A DNA stretch of 64,000 nt from a virus (taxonomy: Duplodnaviria; Heunggongvirae; Uroviricota; Caudoviricetes), in IMG/VR virus record IMGVR_UViG_3300035498_002028, one strand, 5' to 3'. Under the pieces are notes generated by a model that was not told the origin of the DNA, did not search any database, and saw only the letters and a program-made list of their open reading frames with translations. The stretch's first letter is position 1. Each line of letters opens with the position of its first letter. A program made the translations under genes and the position numbers. This document shows positions 9,214-17,752 of this stretch, one piece after another.

Positions 9214-10009
9214 AATTAAACACCTTCACTTTCTCATGATTTGCAGTAAAAATACTGTCTGTAGTATATACTCTTTCAACCAAACCGCTTGTTAAAACTA
9301 TCCCATCCAAAATAGTATCTTCACAATGAGATACATAAAGATAAATTTTTCCTGCTCCAAGCTCTTTCAATTTCTTAGCACTGAAATAGAACGTGCCGCC
9401 GCGACTACTAATATCATCAACAATTAAGATTGTTCTGCCCTTAATATTATTTGTATCACCAGATACATCAAGCCCCATAATCTGCCCTGTTGACCAATCA
9501 CGTTTCTTAATCCCGAAAGCGTAAGGAATATCAAACATAGTTGAATATCTTTTCATCGCTCCTTCATCCGGGAAGAAAAGCATTGTATTTTCTGAGCCAA
9601 TATCAAGAAGGGCATTTTCTACATATCGCTTTGGATTCTGTACGATAATATTATCAATCAATGCTTCACTTACATATGAATGCGGGTCTAAAACGGTTAC
9701 AGAATTAAAATGTAACGAATTGATGATTTGAGCAAAATACTTTAAAGTAAAAACATCCTCGTCATTTTTTACCCTATCTTGTCTTGCATTAGGGATGTAT
9801 GGCATTTCCAAATCAATCTCTGAAACACCATGTTCCTGTAAATGTCTTGTCAAATAAATAAGTGCTACAAGCTCTTCGTCTTTATTAAAAAGCCAAGTAA
9901 TTGTTACATGCCGATAATCAGAAAAATTACGCTTTACTTTTTCTTTCAAGAGTAATGTCCCATCAGGAAAATTTCTAATATCAACAGGTTTACCATTTAA
10001 TTTAATCAC
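9206..10009 (-). CDS. prs: PRPP-synthetase-like protein (Prs/Adps-like)
   Basis: FPDG, PYIPNARQDR, DPHS, FPDEGA, KKRD, IVDDISSRGGTF. Confidence 0.9.
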   Translation of the reverse strand: MIKLNGKPVDIRNFPDGTLLLKEKVKRNFSDYRHVTITWLFNKDEELVALIYLTRHLQEHGVSEIDLEMPYIPNARQDRVKNDEDVFTLKYFAQIINSLHFNSVTVLDPHSYVSEALIDNIIVQNPKRYVENALLDIGSENTMLFFPDEGAMKRYSTMFDIPYAFGIKKRDWSTGQIMGLDVSGDTNNIKGRTILIVDDISSRGGTFYFSAKKLKELGAGKIYLYVSHCEDTILDGIVLTSGLVERVYTTDSIFTANHEKVKVFNYE

Positions 10010-10151
10010 GGCGCTTCCTCCTACCTATATCCTAAACCATTGTCATTTTTTGGTATGATATACTCATTATCCATCCATCTAATAAATATACACTCCGGTA
10101 AATTATGTACTCTCGGCGTTATATAAAATATAAAGCGGCTAATAGCTCGCC

Positions 10152-10631
10152 TTAATTCTCGAAACATTTCAATACCTTCTTTACACAACGCTTAACAGGT
10201 GGCTTATCCAACTTTTCAATTCTTGTGACCTCAACAACCTTTTCTCCATGCTGTGTACGAACAAGAACACGACCGCCAACTTTAAGATTCTCCACACCCT
10301 TTGTCTGTTCAGCGATTCGCCATGTATATTCCTTTAATCTCGGATTATGTCTGCCGTATACATATGTCGTTGGTTGTGTTCTGTAAGAATCTACTTGCTG
10401 TTTGCTGACAAGCATTGTTACTTCTGTCTCTCTTACTCCATTTTCCAGAAGAATAAGATAACCAACATAACCATCCTTAATAGTTCCACGAGAATTGACA
10501 ACAATTTCTCTGTCAAGTTTTCCATATTTCGCATAGTAAGCTCGACACTCACGCATCTTTGTTTCATTTGGCTCTAAAAACCAATGCGGAACCTTAATTT
10601 CCGTCACACTAAGAACTTCTTTTACCTGCAT
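10152..10631 (-). CDS. Hypothetical protein
   Basis: 159-aa ORF, RBS GGAGG. Confidence 0.7.
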   Translation of the reverse strand: MQVKEVLSVTEIKVPHWFLEPNETKMRECRAYYAKYGKLDREIVVNSRGTIKDGYVGYLILLENGVRETEVTMLVSKQQVDSYRTQPTTYVYGRHNPRLKEYTWRIAEQTKGVENLKVGGRVLVRTQHGEKVVEVTRIEKLDKPPVKRCVKKVLKCFEN

Positions 10632-10643
10632 TGTAGTTTCCTC

Positions 10644-11390
10644 CTAATCAAATAATTCTGTTAATACTCTCGGCGTATAAATTCGATTTCCCATGTCCTT
10701 TATTGCCTTTGTAATATCTTCAAGCATAGAAGAATCAATCTTACAACCGCCCAGCTGCGTAAGCACTTGCAATTCATTTTTTATTTTCCTACGCTTTTTT
10801 AACCTATTCTGTAGCATTTTGTATGCAAGCCATCCTTGGTATGCATTCATATCATTAAACTCTATGTAGTGTTGTATATCAGTAATCTCCTTATCTATCT
10901 CACTCATAGCCTGGGACAATTCTTCTCTTCTTTCTTCTGCATCCATAACAAACTCTGTCATTGAATTTAGTCCCTCTTCCCATTTTTTTATCTGAGAATC
11001 ATTGCAATCCTTACTGATAATTTCCTTAACCTTGTCGATATGCAAATCTGCTACCGTTGTCACTTTTTCCTCTTCATCCGGATTATCCTTTTTTACATTG
11101 CAAATTCCCGCTCCATCACTCACATCCTGTACGTGAAATTTCTTACGGATTTGTTTTGATAATCCATTTTTTAAAATATTTTGAGCCTTACTTCTTTGTT
11201 CCCACCTTTCAGCAAGTGATTCATTTCTAACCGGAACATATTTGCCAGAATAAGAATCATGCCGGATATAAGAACCATGTCCATCTGTTATGACATATTC
11301 AATCAAATTTATTGCACCTTCTCTCTTGTTCTGTATTGGTTTTAAGCTGATAAATAGTTGCACTCCAAGATATAACATGAAGTGCAACAT
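10644..11390 (-). CDS. Hypothetical coiled-coil protein
   Basis: Long ORF, heptad C-half; true start probably ~11310. Confidence 0.7.
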   Translation of the reverse strand: MLHFMLYLGVQLFISLKPIQNKREGAINLIEYVITDGHGSYIRHDSYSGKYVPVRNESLAERWEQRSKAQNILKNGLSKQIRKKFHVQDVSDGAGICNVKKDNPDEEEKVTTVADLHIDKVKEIISKDCNDSQIKKWEEGLNSMTEFVMDAEERREELSQAMSEIDKEITDIQHYIEFNDMNAYQGWLAYKMLQNRLKKRRKIKNELQVLTQLGGCKIDSSMLEDITKAIKDMGNRIYTPRVLTELFD

Positions 11391-11395
11391 ATAAA

Positions 11396-11623
11396 CTAAG
11401 ATGCATTGTGTAGATGCATAAAATGGTTTGCAAGTTCTTCCGTTATACTATTCAGCTCTTCCTTTGTGAGCTTGTACCACTCATGAACAATTAGGTTATT
11501 CTTCTTACAATCATATGTAATATTTAATTCCTCCCCTTTATATATCAGCTTACAAGTATAAATTTCACTCACGTTGCCACTAAAATGCTCTACATTCTCT
11601 AATGTATCGTAGTTTATCGCCAT
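11396..11623 (-). CDS. Hypothetical protein
   Basis: 75-aa ORF downstream of the SOS-box promoter. Confidence 0.65.
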   Translation of the reverse strand: MAINYDTLENVEHFSGNVSEIYTCKLIYKGEELNITYDCKKNNLIVHEWYKLTKEELNSITEELANHFMHLHNAS

Positions 11624-11668
11624 CTTACACGCCCTCTTTCTCTTTCTTTTATTACTATGGCATCCGCA

Positions 11669-11725
11669 CGAACAAATGTTCTAATTCCTCATATCAATAA
11701 TATTCTTTTATGGAACCTTTGTCAA
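11669..11725 (-). promoter_or_regulatory. sigma70 promoter with LexA (SOS/Cheo) box
   Basis: TTGACA(11725-11720)-N17-TATTAT; CGAACAAATGTTCT at 11669-11682 fits GAAC-N4-GTTC. Confidence 0.7.
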
Positions 11726-11827
11726 TACAAAATGCCATATTGCCAATATTTACATGTATATATACTTTTTCTGTCTTGGTAAGGTGTGCTTTATGTAGAC
11801 TGTCAATGACAGCCTACATAATATTAT

Positions 11828-12841
11828 TTATTCACCAATAAAAGGTCTAAGAAACTTTTTAAGATGCGTAACATTATCCACTACGACACCATAAAGTCTT
11901 GCTGCCCCCATAAGGTCTGCCGTATCCTTTGAATTTCTAACAGATACAATCAGCTCCCTAGTTCTTTCTTTGCCGAATGTTTTTTTTAATGATTCATAAA
12001 AACCAAGCAAGTAGAGCAATCTATAATTGATATCTACTCCATATTTATTTTTTACATTCACAATGATAGCCCGATTTATTACATTAGCAATATCTGACAT
12101 CTCTCTTGCCTGTAATTCGTCTGCTTTTCTTGGACGAACAATATATTTAAAATAATGCCCTCTCCATGACACCATGGCGAAATCACCTCGCCAACCTTCA
12201 ATATCTTCCATTTGATGTATATGTTCAAGTAATTCAAAACATCTATCTGATAGCTGGATTGTTCTGCCTGGAAGCCTTACAGTCTTATCCTTTTTGGAAA
12301 TCATATCTTCATCAAGCATAACAATTTCTTCTGCTTTTGCAAATCCTTCATAAAACATTCTGATAATACATTCATAATACATTGCATGTTCTGGCTCAAA
12401 ATCATTGTGAAGATTTTCAATCATTTTATCTACCAATTCTATATTGAATGGCTCTTTTGATTTTGCAAGCCTTTGTGCCGCCTGTGTCCCTCTCATTCGT
12501 TTATCATTGAATGGATTCTTAATAACTTCTACATTATCAATATAGTAATTAAAAAGCGACCTATACATTGATGCAATCTGGTCATACGAACTATAGCTCA
12601 CACTGAATGTTGAAGAATTCATGCTTCTGTTTCCATTAAATGTAAGAATCATTTCAAATAATTCATCTACATCCATTTCCACAAGCTGCTTTCCTATCTT
12701 TTTCTCATATTCGTATACCTCCGGTCTATCAATTTGTGGTCTAGTTTTTCTAGCGTTTTCCTCATCTTTATTTTCAAAGAATCTATCGAATAACTCCTTT
12801 GTGGATATTTTAGCCCTTGTCGGCATTTCCATAAGACACAC
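11828..12841 (-). CDS. Tyrosine-recombinase-fold protein lacking catalytic residues (repressor candidate)
   Basis: SAM-like N-half and YEG..AEEI.L box, but no R, HxxR or Y tetrad. Confidence 0.6.
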   Translation of the reverse strand: MCLMEMPTRAKISTKELFDRFFENKDEENARKTRPQIDRPEVYEYEKKIGKQLVEMDVDELFEMILTFNGNRSMNSSTFSVSYSSYDQIASMYRSLFNYYIDNVEVIKNPFNDKRMRGTQAAQRLAKSKEPFNIELVDKMIENLHNDFEPEHAMYYECIIRMFYEGFAKAEEIVMLDEDMISKKDKTVRLPGRTIQLSDRCFELLEHIHQMEDIEGWRGDFAMVSWRGHYFKYIVRPRKADELQAREMSDIANVINRAIIVNVKNKYGVDINYRLLYLLGFYESLKKTFGKERTRELIVSVRNSKDTADLMGAARLYGVVVDNVTHLKKFLRPFIGE

Positions 12842-13362
12842 ATCCTTTCTCTAGTATATATTACACATTATTATTTATACCACAACACCTCTGCTATTTC
12901 AAGTGTTTTTCTGTCTTATCTCTTAGGAATAATATCATAATATTCCTTTTTACTTAAAATCAGAGTAGTTAATTTCCCCCTCATCCTATTGTTTAATTTA
13001 CTCATCTCCACCGAAATAAGTTATCCAATCGTGTCTGGAAAATCTAAACCGTATCTTTCTTTGTTAAATTTCAACATAAAATAACAATTTTCTTTTTCCA
13101 TTCCGGGTAAAAATAAACACATTAACTGTTATGCTGTAGATATTGCTCTTCCATCTGGTACTATAAATACAAGGCAATAATCACTTTAAGGTTGTAGTCA
13201 CTCTTACTTAGGTCACACATTCACAACTTCCCACATTATTTAGCATACACATCATATAACAACGAAAAAGCAATTTTGTCTAACAACGACTGTTATCCAT
13301 TTTGCATTGCACCCCCTTCTATGATTATTCTGTAATTATATTACCATACAAGCAATTGTGTG

Positions 13363-13656
13363 TCAATGCTTTTTCTGTCTTTCTTTTGATTTCTTTTTCA
13401 CTTCAAACTCATAGTCTGGCGAAACTAAAATCAGTTTGCCGATATAGGGGATATCGTAGCCAACGTATCCCCTACTATCGTCTCTTTTATCTAAATCCAT
13501 TTTCATTTTTGCTGCGACTACACTTGCTATTTCCGATGTCCTATCATCCGAATAGGTATCAATATTTAATACACCAGAACCGCTTATACTTCCTCTTCCT
13601 ATCCGGAGTTTCCCACGCTTAATGCAAACATGGTATTTGTCCCATTGAATTGCCAT
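13363..13656 (-). CDS. Hypothetical protein
   Basis: 97-aa ORF, RBS AGGAGG. Confidence 0.65.
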   Translation of the reverse strand: MAIQWDKYHVCIKRGKLRIGRGSISGSGVLNIDTYSDDRTSEIASVVAAKMKMDLDKRDDSRGYVGYDIPYIGKLILVSPDYEFEVKKKSKERQKKH

Positions 13657-13683
13657 CTAATTACCTCCTAACAAATGGGAGAA

Positions 13684-14736
13684 TTATTCAGTTTCAGTTT
13701 CTTCTTCGTCTGTTTTGAAGAATTCATCCCATGCAGCAAGTAACTCTTCGTTTCGTCTTGCAATATTTACTGCCTTTGCTGAGCCACCCTTGACCGTATC
13801 GTTGTAAATTGACGAAATGCTTGCCCCATCTGCCACATCGTAGAAATTGATAAAGAACTTGGTAAGCATGTCAGTGCTGATATTTTCGTCAAGTGCTTTT
13901 TTCACGAATGGTACAAACGAAATAAGGTGTGTCTCAGAAGCCAACTTCTTGCGCATAGCTCTTACCTTTGCCTTGTCATCAAACTGCTCTGCAAGATTCA
14001 TATAGACATTCTTCAATTCATCAAGCACCTTGTTAAGCTCTTCGCGCTGCTCATCCGTAATGATTGTTTCCTGCATCGTGTGGTTGAATACCTTACTCTC
14101 GAATGAAACTTCTTCCTGGTTGAGCATACACCAAACTTTCATAACGAGTGGAATCTGCTTTCTGGTTTCAAAACCTTTATTGGTGATGATTGACTTGAAC
14201 AGCTCATGCTCGCCAATCTCTGTAACATTTTCGATATCAACGCAGCTTGCAATGTTGCGCTCCTTCGTTGACAATGGCTTACCATTATTTAACTTGCGGA
14301 ACAGTGTTGCCACCTGCGCTTCCGTAATCTGCTCATAATAGTAGATTGTCAAGCTATAGCTTAAAATAGCATCCTGCAATTCTTCCGGAAGTTCGCTGAA
14401 TTTCTTCCCAGAAATGTCAATGCTTACTACTCCATCGCCATTAAGCGGCTCGTACTCTACTTCCGGGAGTGGTGTAAGCTCATAATCCTCGTTGATATAC
14501 CCGGCGATAGCATTCATTCTCTGTTTACCATCCAGGAAATCATACACTCCATCAACGCGCCTTGCGTAGAATGGTGGAACCGGATAGTTCTCAATCAGTG
14601 AATGGATAAGGTCGCTCTTTCTAGCCTTCTCCCATACATAGCTTCTCTGGATGATATTTTTGAAGGAACATTTTCCCTTCTTAATCATCCCTGTAACCTG
14701 TTTACAGCTCCAACTAATACTCATTTTCTGCATCAT
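13684..14736 (-). CDS. DUF262 / ParB-like nucleotide-binding protein
   Basis: IQRSYVW, LIHSLIENYPVP, LDGKQR, FRKLNNGKPLS. Confidence 0.85.
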   Translation of the reverse strand: MMQKMSISWSCKQVTGMIKKGKCSFKNIIQRSYVWEKARKSDLIHSLIENYPVPPFYARRVDGVYDFLDGKQRMNAIAGYINEDYELTPLPEVEYEPLNGDGVVSIDISGKKFSELPEELQDAILSYSLTIYYYEQITEAQVATLFRKLNNGKPLSTKERNIASCVDIENVTEIGEHELFKSIITNKGFETRKQIPLVMKVWCMLNQEEVSFESKVFNHTMQETIITDEQREELNKVLDELKNVYMNLAEQFDDKAKVRAMRKKLASETHLISFVPFVKKALDENISTDMLTKFFINFYDVADGASISSIYNDTVKGGSAKAVNIARRNEELLAAWDEFFKTDEEETETE

Positions 14737-14847
14737 AATTTTGTACCTCGCTTTCTTAAAATTTATTTGTTGTGTAACTCATTTACTAATTATAATATAT
14801 CACTTCTCTATGTTTATGTCAAGTCTTTTTCTGAATTATTTTTAATT

Positions 14848-15051
14848 TTATTCAGCTATCCAGTTTTTGAATCCTTCTTTGAGGACAACATCCGGACAAT
14901 AGAACGTATCTTTTTCTTCCCACCCACCCTTATGCGCTGCGATAGAAATAATCTGTCCTATGCGCAGCTCCGGATGTCTTTGCTGAATAATAAATAAATC
15001 TCTTACAATATCGCCCATTTCATTTTCCTTTCTATTTTGCCAAACTTTCAA
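14848..15051 (-). CDS. Hypothetical protein
   Basis: 67-aa ORF overlapping the recombinase end. Confidence 0.55.
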   Translation of the reverse strand: MKVWQNRKENEMGDIVRDLFIIQQRHPELRIGQIISIAAHKGGWEEKDTFYCPDVVLKEGFKNWIAE

Positions 15052-15952
15052 TCATATCCATAATTGAAGTGATTGCATCAACATGAACCATTGCGTCCAT
15101 AGTATCGGCGTTTTCCTTTCCTGCTTCATATGCAGCCTTAACAATATCTCTCAAATCATTTGTATCAAGGCTTACAATGGGCTTGTCCGCTACTTGCGAA
15201 TACTCCTTATCTCCAACAATGTAATCACTGTAGAAATCACCCATATCATCATAATATTTGTCTACTTTCTGTTTTGTTAAACCAATATAATGCTTTGTTG
15301 TTTTTGTATCTGAATGATTGTAAATGGTTTGTAAAATCTCCATACTGTCATAATCACCAGGATGAAGCATTCTATTCATCATTCCAAAAAATTTTCTAGC
15401 ACTATGAGTTCCGATATTATATTCAATGCCAAGCTCTTTTGCAGCTCTCTTTAATGCTTTAAGATGACCACTTTCTGAAAGGATGGCTCCCTTATGCGTC
15501 CCGGAAAGCTGTAAAAAGATATAATTATTATACCCATTATCAGACGGATTGCAACCAGTGTTATCAATATATAACTCAATCGCTTCCCTCACAGCCTTAT
15601 TGATTCTCGGATTAGCCAACTTATCTGTCTTATCTTCCTGGATTTCGAGTATATCTCTTCTCATTTTCCCCGTTTCCGGTTCATAAATATTATACCATTT
15701 AAGTGATAATGTATCACCAACTCGTCTTGCCATATTGCAACCAAATGTAAGTAGAAGATAGTGTAACCAACTATTATTCTCTTTAAAGAAGTTAAGCATA
15801 CGTTTCGCATCCTCAATTTCATAAGGATATACTTCTGACTTCTTTCCCTTCTTCTTATTTGTTGACTGCTTTGGCTCATCCATCTTTATAAGTTGGATTA
15901 TGTTACCTTCTTCGGTCTTTGTGTAATTATAATTCTTTGCTAATGCTGCCAT
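15032..15952 (-). CDS. Tyrosine recombinase/integrase
   Basis: MARRVGDTLSL (R), EDKT (K), HSARK (HxxR), YNHS, TKHYIG (Y) all intact. Confidence 0.92.
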   Translation of the reverse strand: MAALAKNYNYTKTEEGNIIQLIKMDEPKQSTNKKKGKKSEVYPYEIEDAKRMLNFFKENNSWLHYLLLTFGCNMARRVGDTLSLKWYNIYEPETGKMRRDILEIQEDKTDKLANPRINKAVREAIELYIDNTGCNPSDNGYNNYIFLQLSGTHKGAILSESGHLKALKRAAKELGIEYNIGTHSARKFFGMMNRMLHPGDYDSMEILQTIYNHSDTKTTKHYIGLTKQKVDKYYDDMGDFYSDYIVGDKEYSQVADKPIVSLDTNDLRDIVKAAYEAGKENADTMDAMVHVDAITSIMDMIESLAK

Positions 15953-16034
15953 AATCGCACCTCCGTTAATCAGTAATTTATTTACTAATCATATTATATC
16001 AAGGCTTTTGTTATTTGTCAACACTTTTTCTGAA

Positions 16035-16412
16035 TTATTTATTGTGCCATGGTCTATCTTTACTATGTCCGGTGCTATTTTTCAATTCAACCGAACATCG
16101 TTCACATAGTCCATACCGCCTAGTCCATGGATGTTTGAGTAAACTAATGCCACAACAATCACAATATTCTCCACTATCCGCTTCTAAACATTCCTTTATA
16201 AACATACGCTCTTCTCTATCTCCTAACGGGATAATCTGTAGCTTCCTATCTATCAACGAATCTTTTTGTTCGCCTTGTACCCAATCATCTGGATTCCATA
16301 AATGCAAAGTGCGCCCCAAGGATTTCTCCAAGTGACGCAAATTGATTCCTATATGATTTCTATTTGGTCTACTAAATATCATGTTCTCAGTCAAATCAAT
16401 ATTGCGTTTCAT
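16035..16412 (-). CDS. Hypothetical protein (C-terminal CxxC..CxxC)
   Basis: 125-aa ORF, RBS. Confidence 0.65.
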   Translation of the reverse strand: MKRNIDLTENMIFSRPNRNHIGINLRHLEKSLGRTLHLWNPDDWVQGEQKDSLIDRKLQIIPLGDREERMFIKECLEADSGEYCDCCGISLLKHPWTRRYGLCERCSVELKNSTGHSKDRPWHNK

Positions 16413-16427
16413 AAGATATACCTCTTA

Positions 16428-17219
16428 CTATCTTTTTAAGAATGTTTTCACCTTATCAAAGAACGACTTCTTTGGTTGCTCTGTATTTGTAACAACATAA
16501 TGTGATTTTTCATTAACATGTAATTGACCTAATTGAGCCTTTAATTCTTCAATATCAGCTGGAGTTTTGATTGAATGAGCAATATTCCTTCTGCCTGCTG
16601 TTTGACTTTCATTGACCATCTTATCAAGCGTCAAATCACAATACTCATCAACCCAATCTCCGAGATAATAAAATCTATCTATAACCGAACGCGACTTATT
16701 ATCCTGGAACACTCCAAACAAAATAGGGTCTTTTGCTCTTCGCTCTTGCTCAACTTTCCGCTCCACTTCTCCTGTGTAATCCGTAAATACAATGTAGAGC
16801 TGGTCAAACATGCTTCCATAATTTGCAATAATATGCACAATCTCGTCCGGAATTTCTCTCTCGTAACTTTCAATATCAATAATCTTAACTACATCGTCTG
16901 CTACGTTGTCAATATAATATTCAATGTCATCACGATATACGAACGTATCAATTCCGGCTTTTACAATTTCTCTTTCCTTTTCAATACATTCAAGATGGAA
17001 TAATAACTTATGCATTCCTTTCACCTGTCCAGTAATTTTATACTTATTGAGTAATTCCAGACAGTTATCATATACCTTTCCCAAATCCTCATCCGTAACA
17101 TGGTTCTTACGCTCTTTGATTGCCCCAAAATATTCTGCCGGAGTAAGCGCTTCATTCTTTATCGGTGCTTCCTGTACTGCTCCCATATTTTCCTTAATCA
17201 TATCATCAATATCTGCCAT
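16428..17219 (-). CDS. Hypothetical protein
   Basis: 263-aa ORF. Confidence 0.75.
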   Translation of the reverse strand: MADIDDMIKENMGAVQEAPIKNEALTPAEYFGAIKERKNHVTDEDLGKVYDNCLELLNKYKITGQVKGMHKLLFHLECIEKEREIVKAGIDTFVYRDDIEYYIDNVADDVVKIIDIESYEREIPDEIVHIIANYGSMFDQLYIVFTDYTGEVERKVEQERRAKDPILFGVFQDNKSRSVIDRFYYLGDWVDEYCDLTLDKMVNESQTAGRRNIAHSIKTPADIEELKAQLGQLHVNEKSHYVVTNTEQPKKSFFDKVKTFLKR

Positions 17220-17589
17220 AATTCTTTACCTTACCTTTCAATATACTATTATAATACAATTCTAATTCCTTCATTTTGGCAAAAATAAGCTCACACCATG
17301 CAGCGAGCACAGAACGCACTCTATCTGCATCATCGCTGTCCTTAAACTTAATCGTTGTATCAAGGTAGGTAAACTCATCAATGTCACCAGCTGCCACCTT
17401 GTCTAACAAAGAATCGAGCATAACAATATCTGCTGCATTGAGCTGGATGCCAAACATATAACTTTTTTCAAGCTGCTCTGCTAATTCATCCGGCACAGAT
17501 GAATCGCCAAACATGATGCCAGTTTCGCAATAAGCAATCTTTACATCTCCGTCACCAAGGACAACTATCCTATTTTCCTTATCAATCAT
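17206..17589 (-). CDS. Hypothetical protein
   Basis: 127-aa ORF, RBS AGGAGG. Confidence 0.7.
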   Translation of the reverse strand: MIDKENRIVVLGDGDVKIAYCETGIMFGDSSVPDELAEQLEKSYMFGIQLNAADIVMLDSLLDKVAAGDIDEFTYLDTTIKFKDSDDADRVRSVLAAWCELIFAKMKELELYYNSILKGKVKNYGRY

Positions 17590-17627
17590 GCGAAAATCCT
17601 CCTAAATTGATACGTTATCTTATATGT

Positions 17628-17675
17628 ACACTATATATTGTATGCGTTTATATGCAAATACACTATATATTGTTA
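17628..17675 (-). promoter_or_regulatory. Tandem NrdR boxes over a promoter
   Basis: ACACTATATATTGT at 17628 and 17660 (32-bp spacing) match acaCwAtATaTwGtg; minus-strand TTTGCA-N17-TATAGT overlaps them. Confidence 0.7.
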
Positions 17676-17752
17676 TATTTTGTTGATAAAATGTAGTTTT
17701 TATTGGCACTATAAAGTTATACCCTATAGCGCCAATACTTATTATGTCTTAG

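Noticed and set aside
14823-14845. Promoter-upstream element AATAATTCAGAAAAAG as a CodY box
   Set aside because: About 5 mismatches to AATTTTCWGAAAATT in either orientation, and fixed directly against the -35; better read as an UP-like element. Not fully excluded.
17701-17737. Hairpin after the LPD gene as an intrinsic terminator
   Set aside because: Good stem, but followed by an A-run rather than a U-tract on the coding strand; left unassigned.
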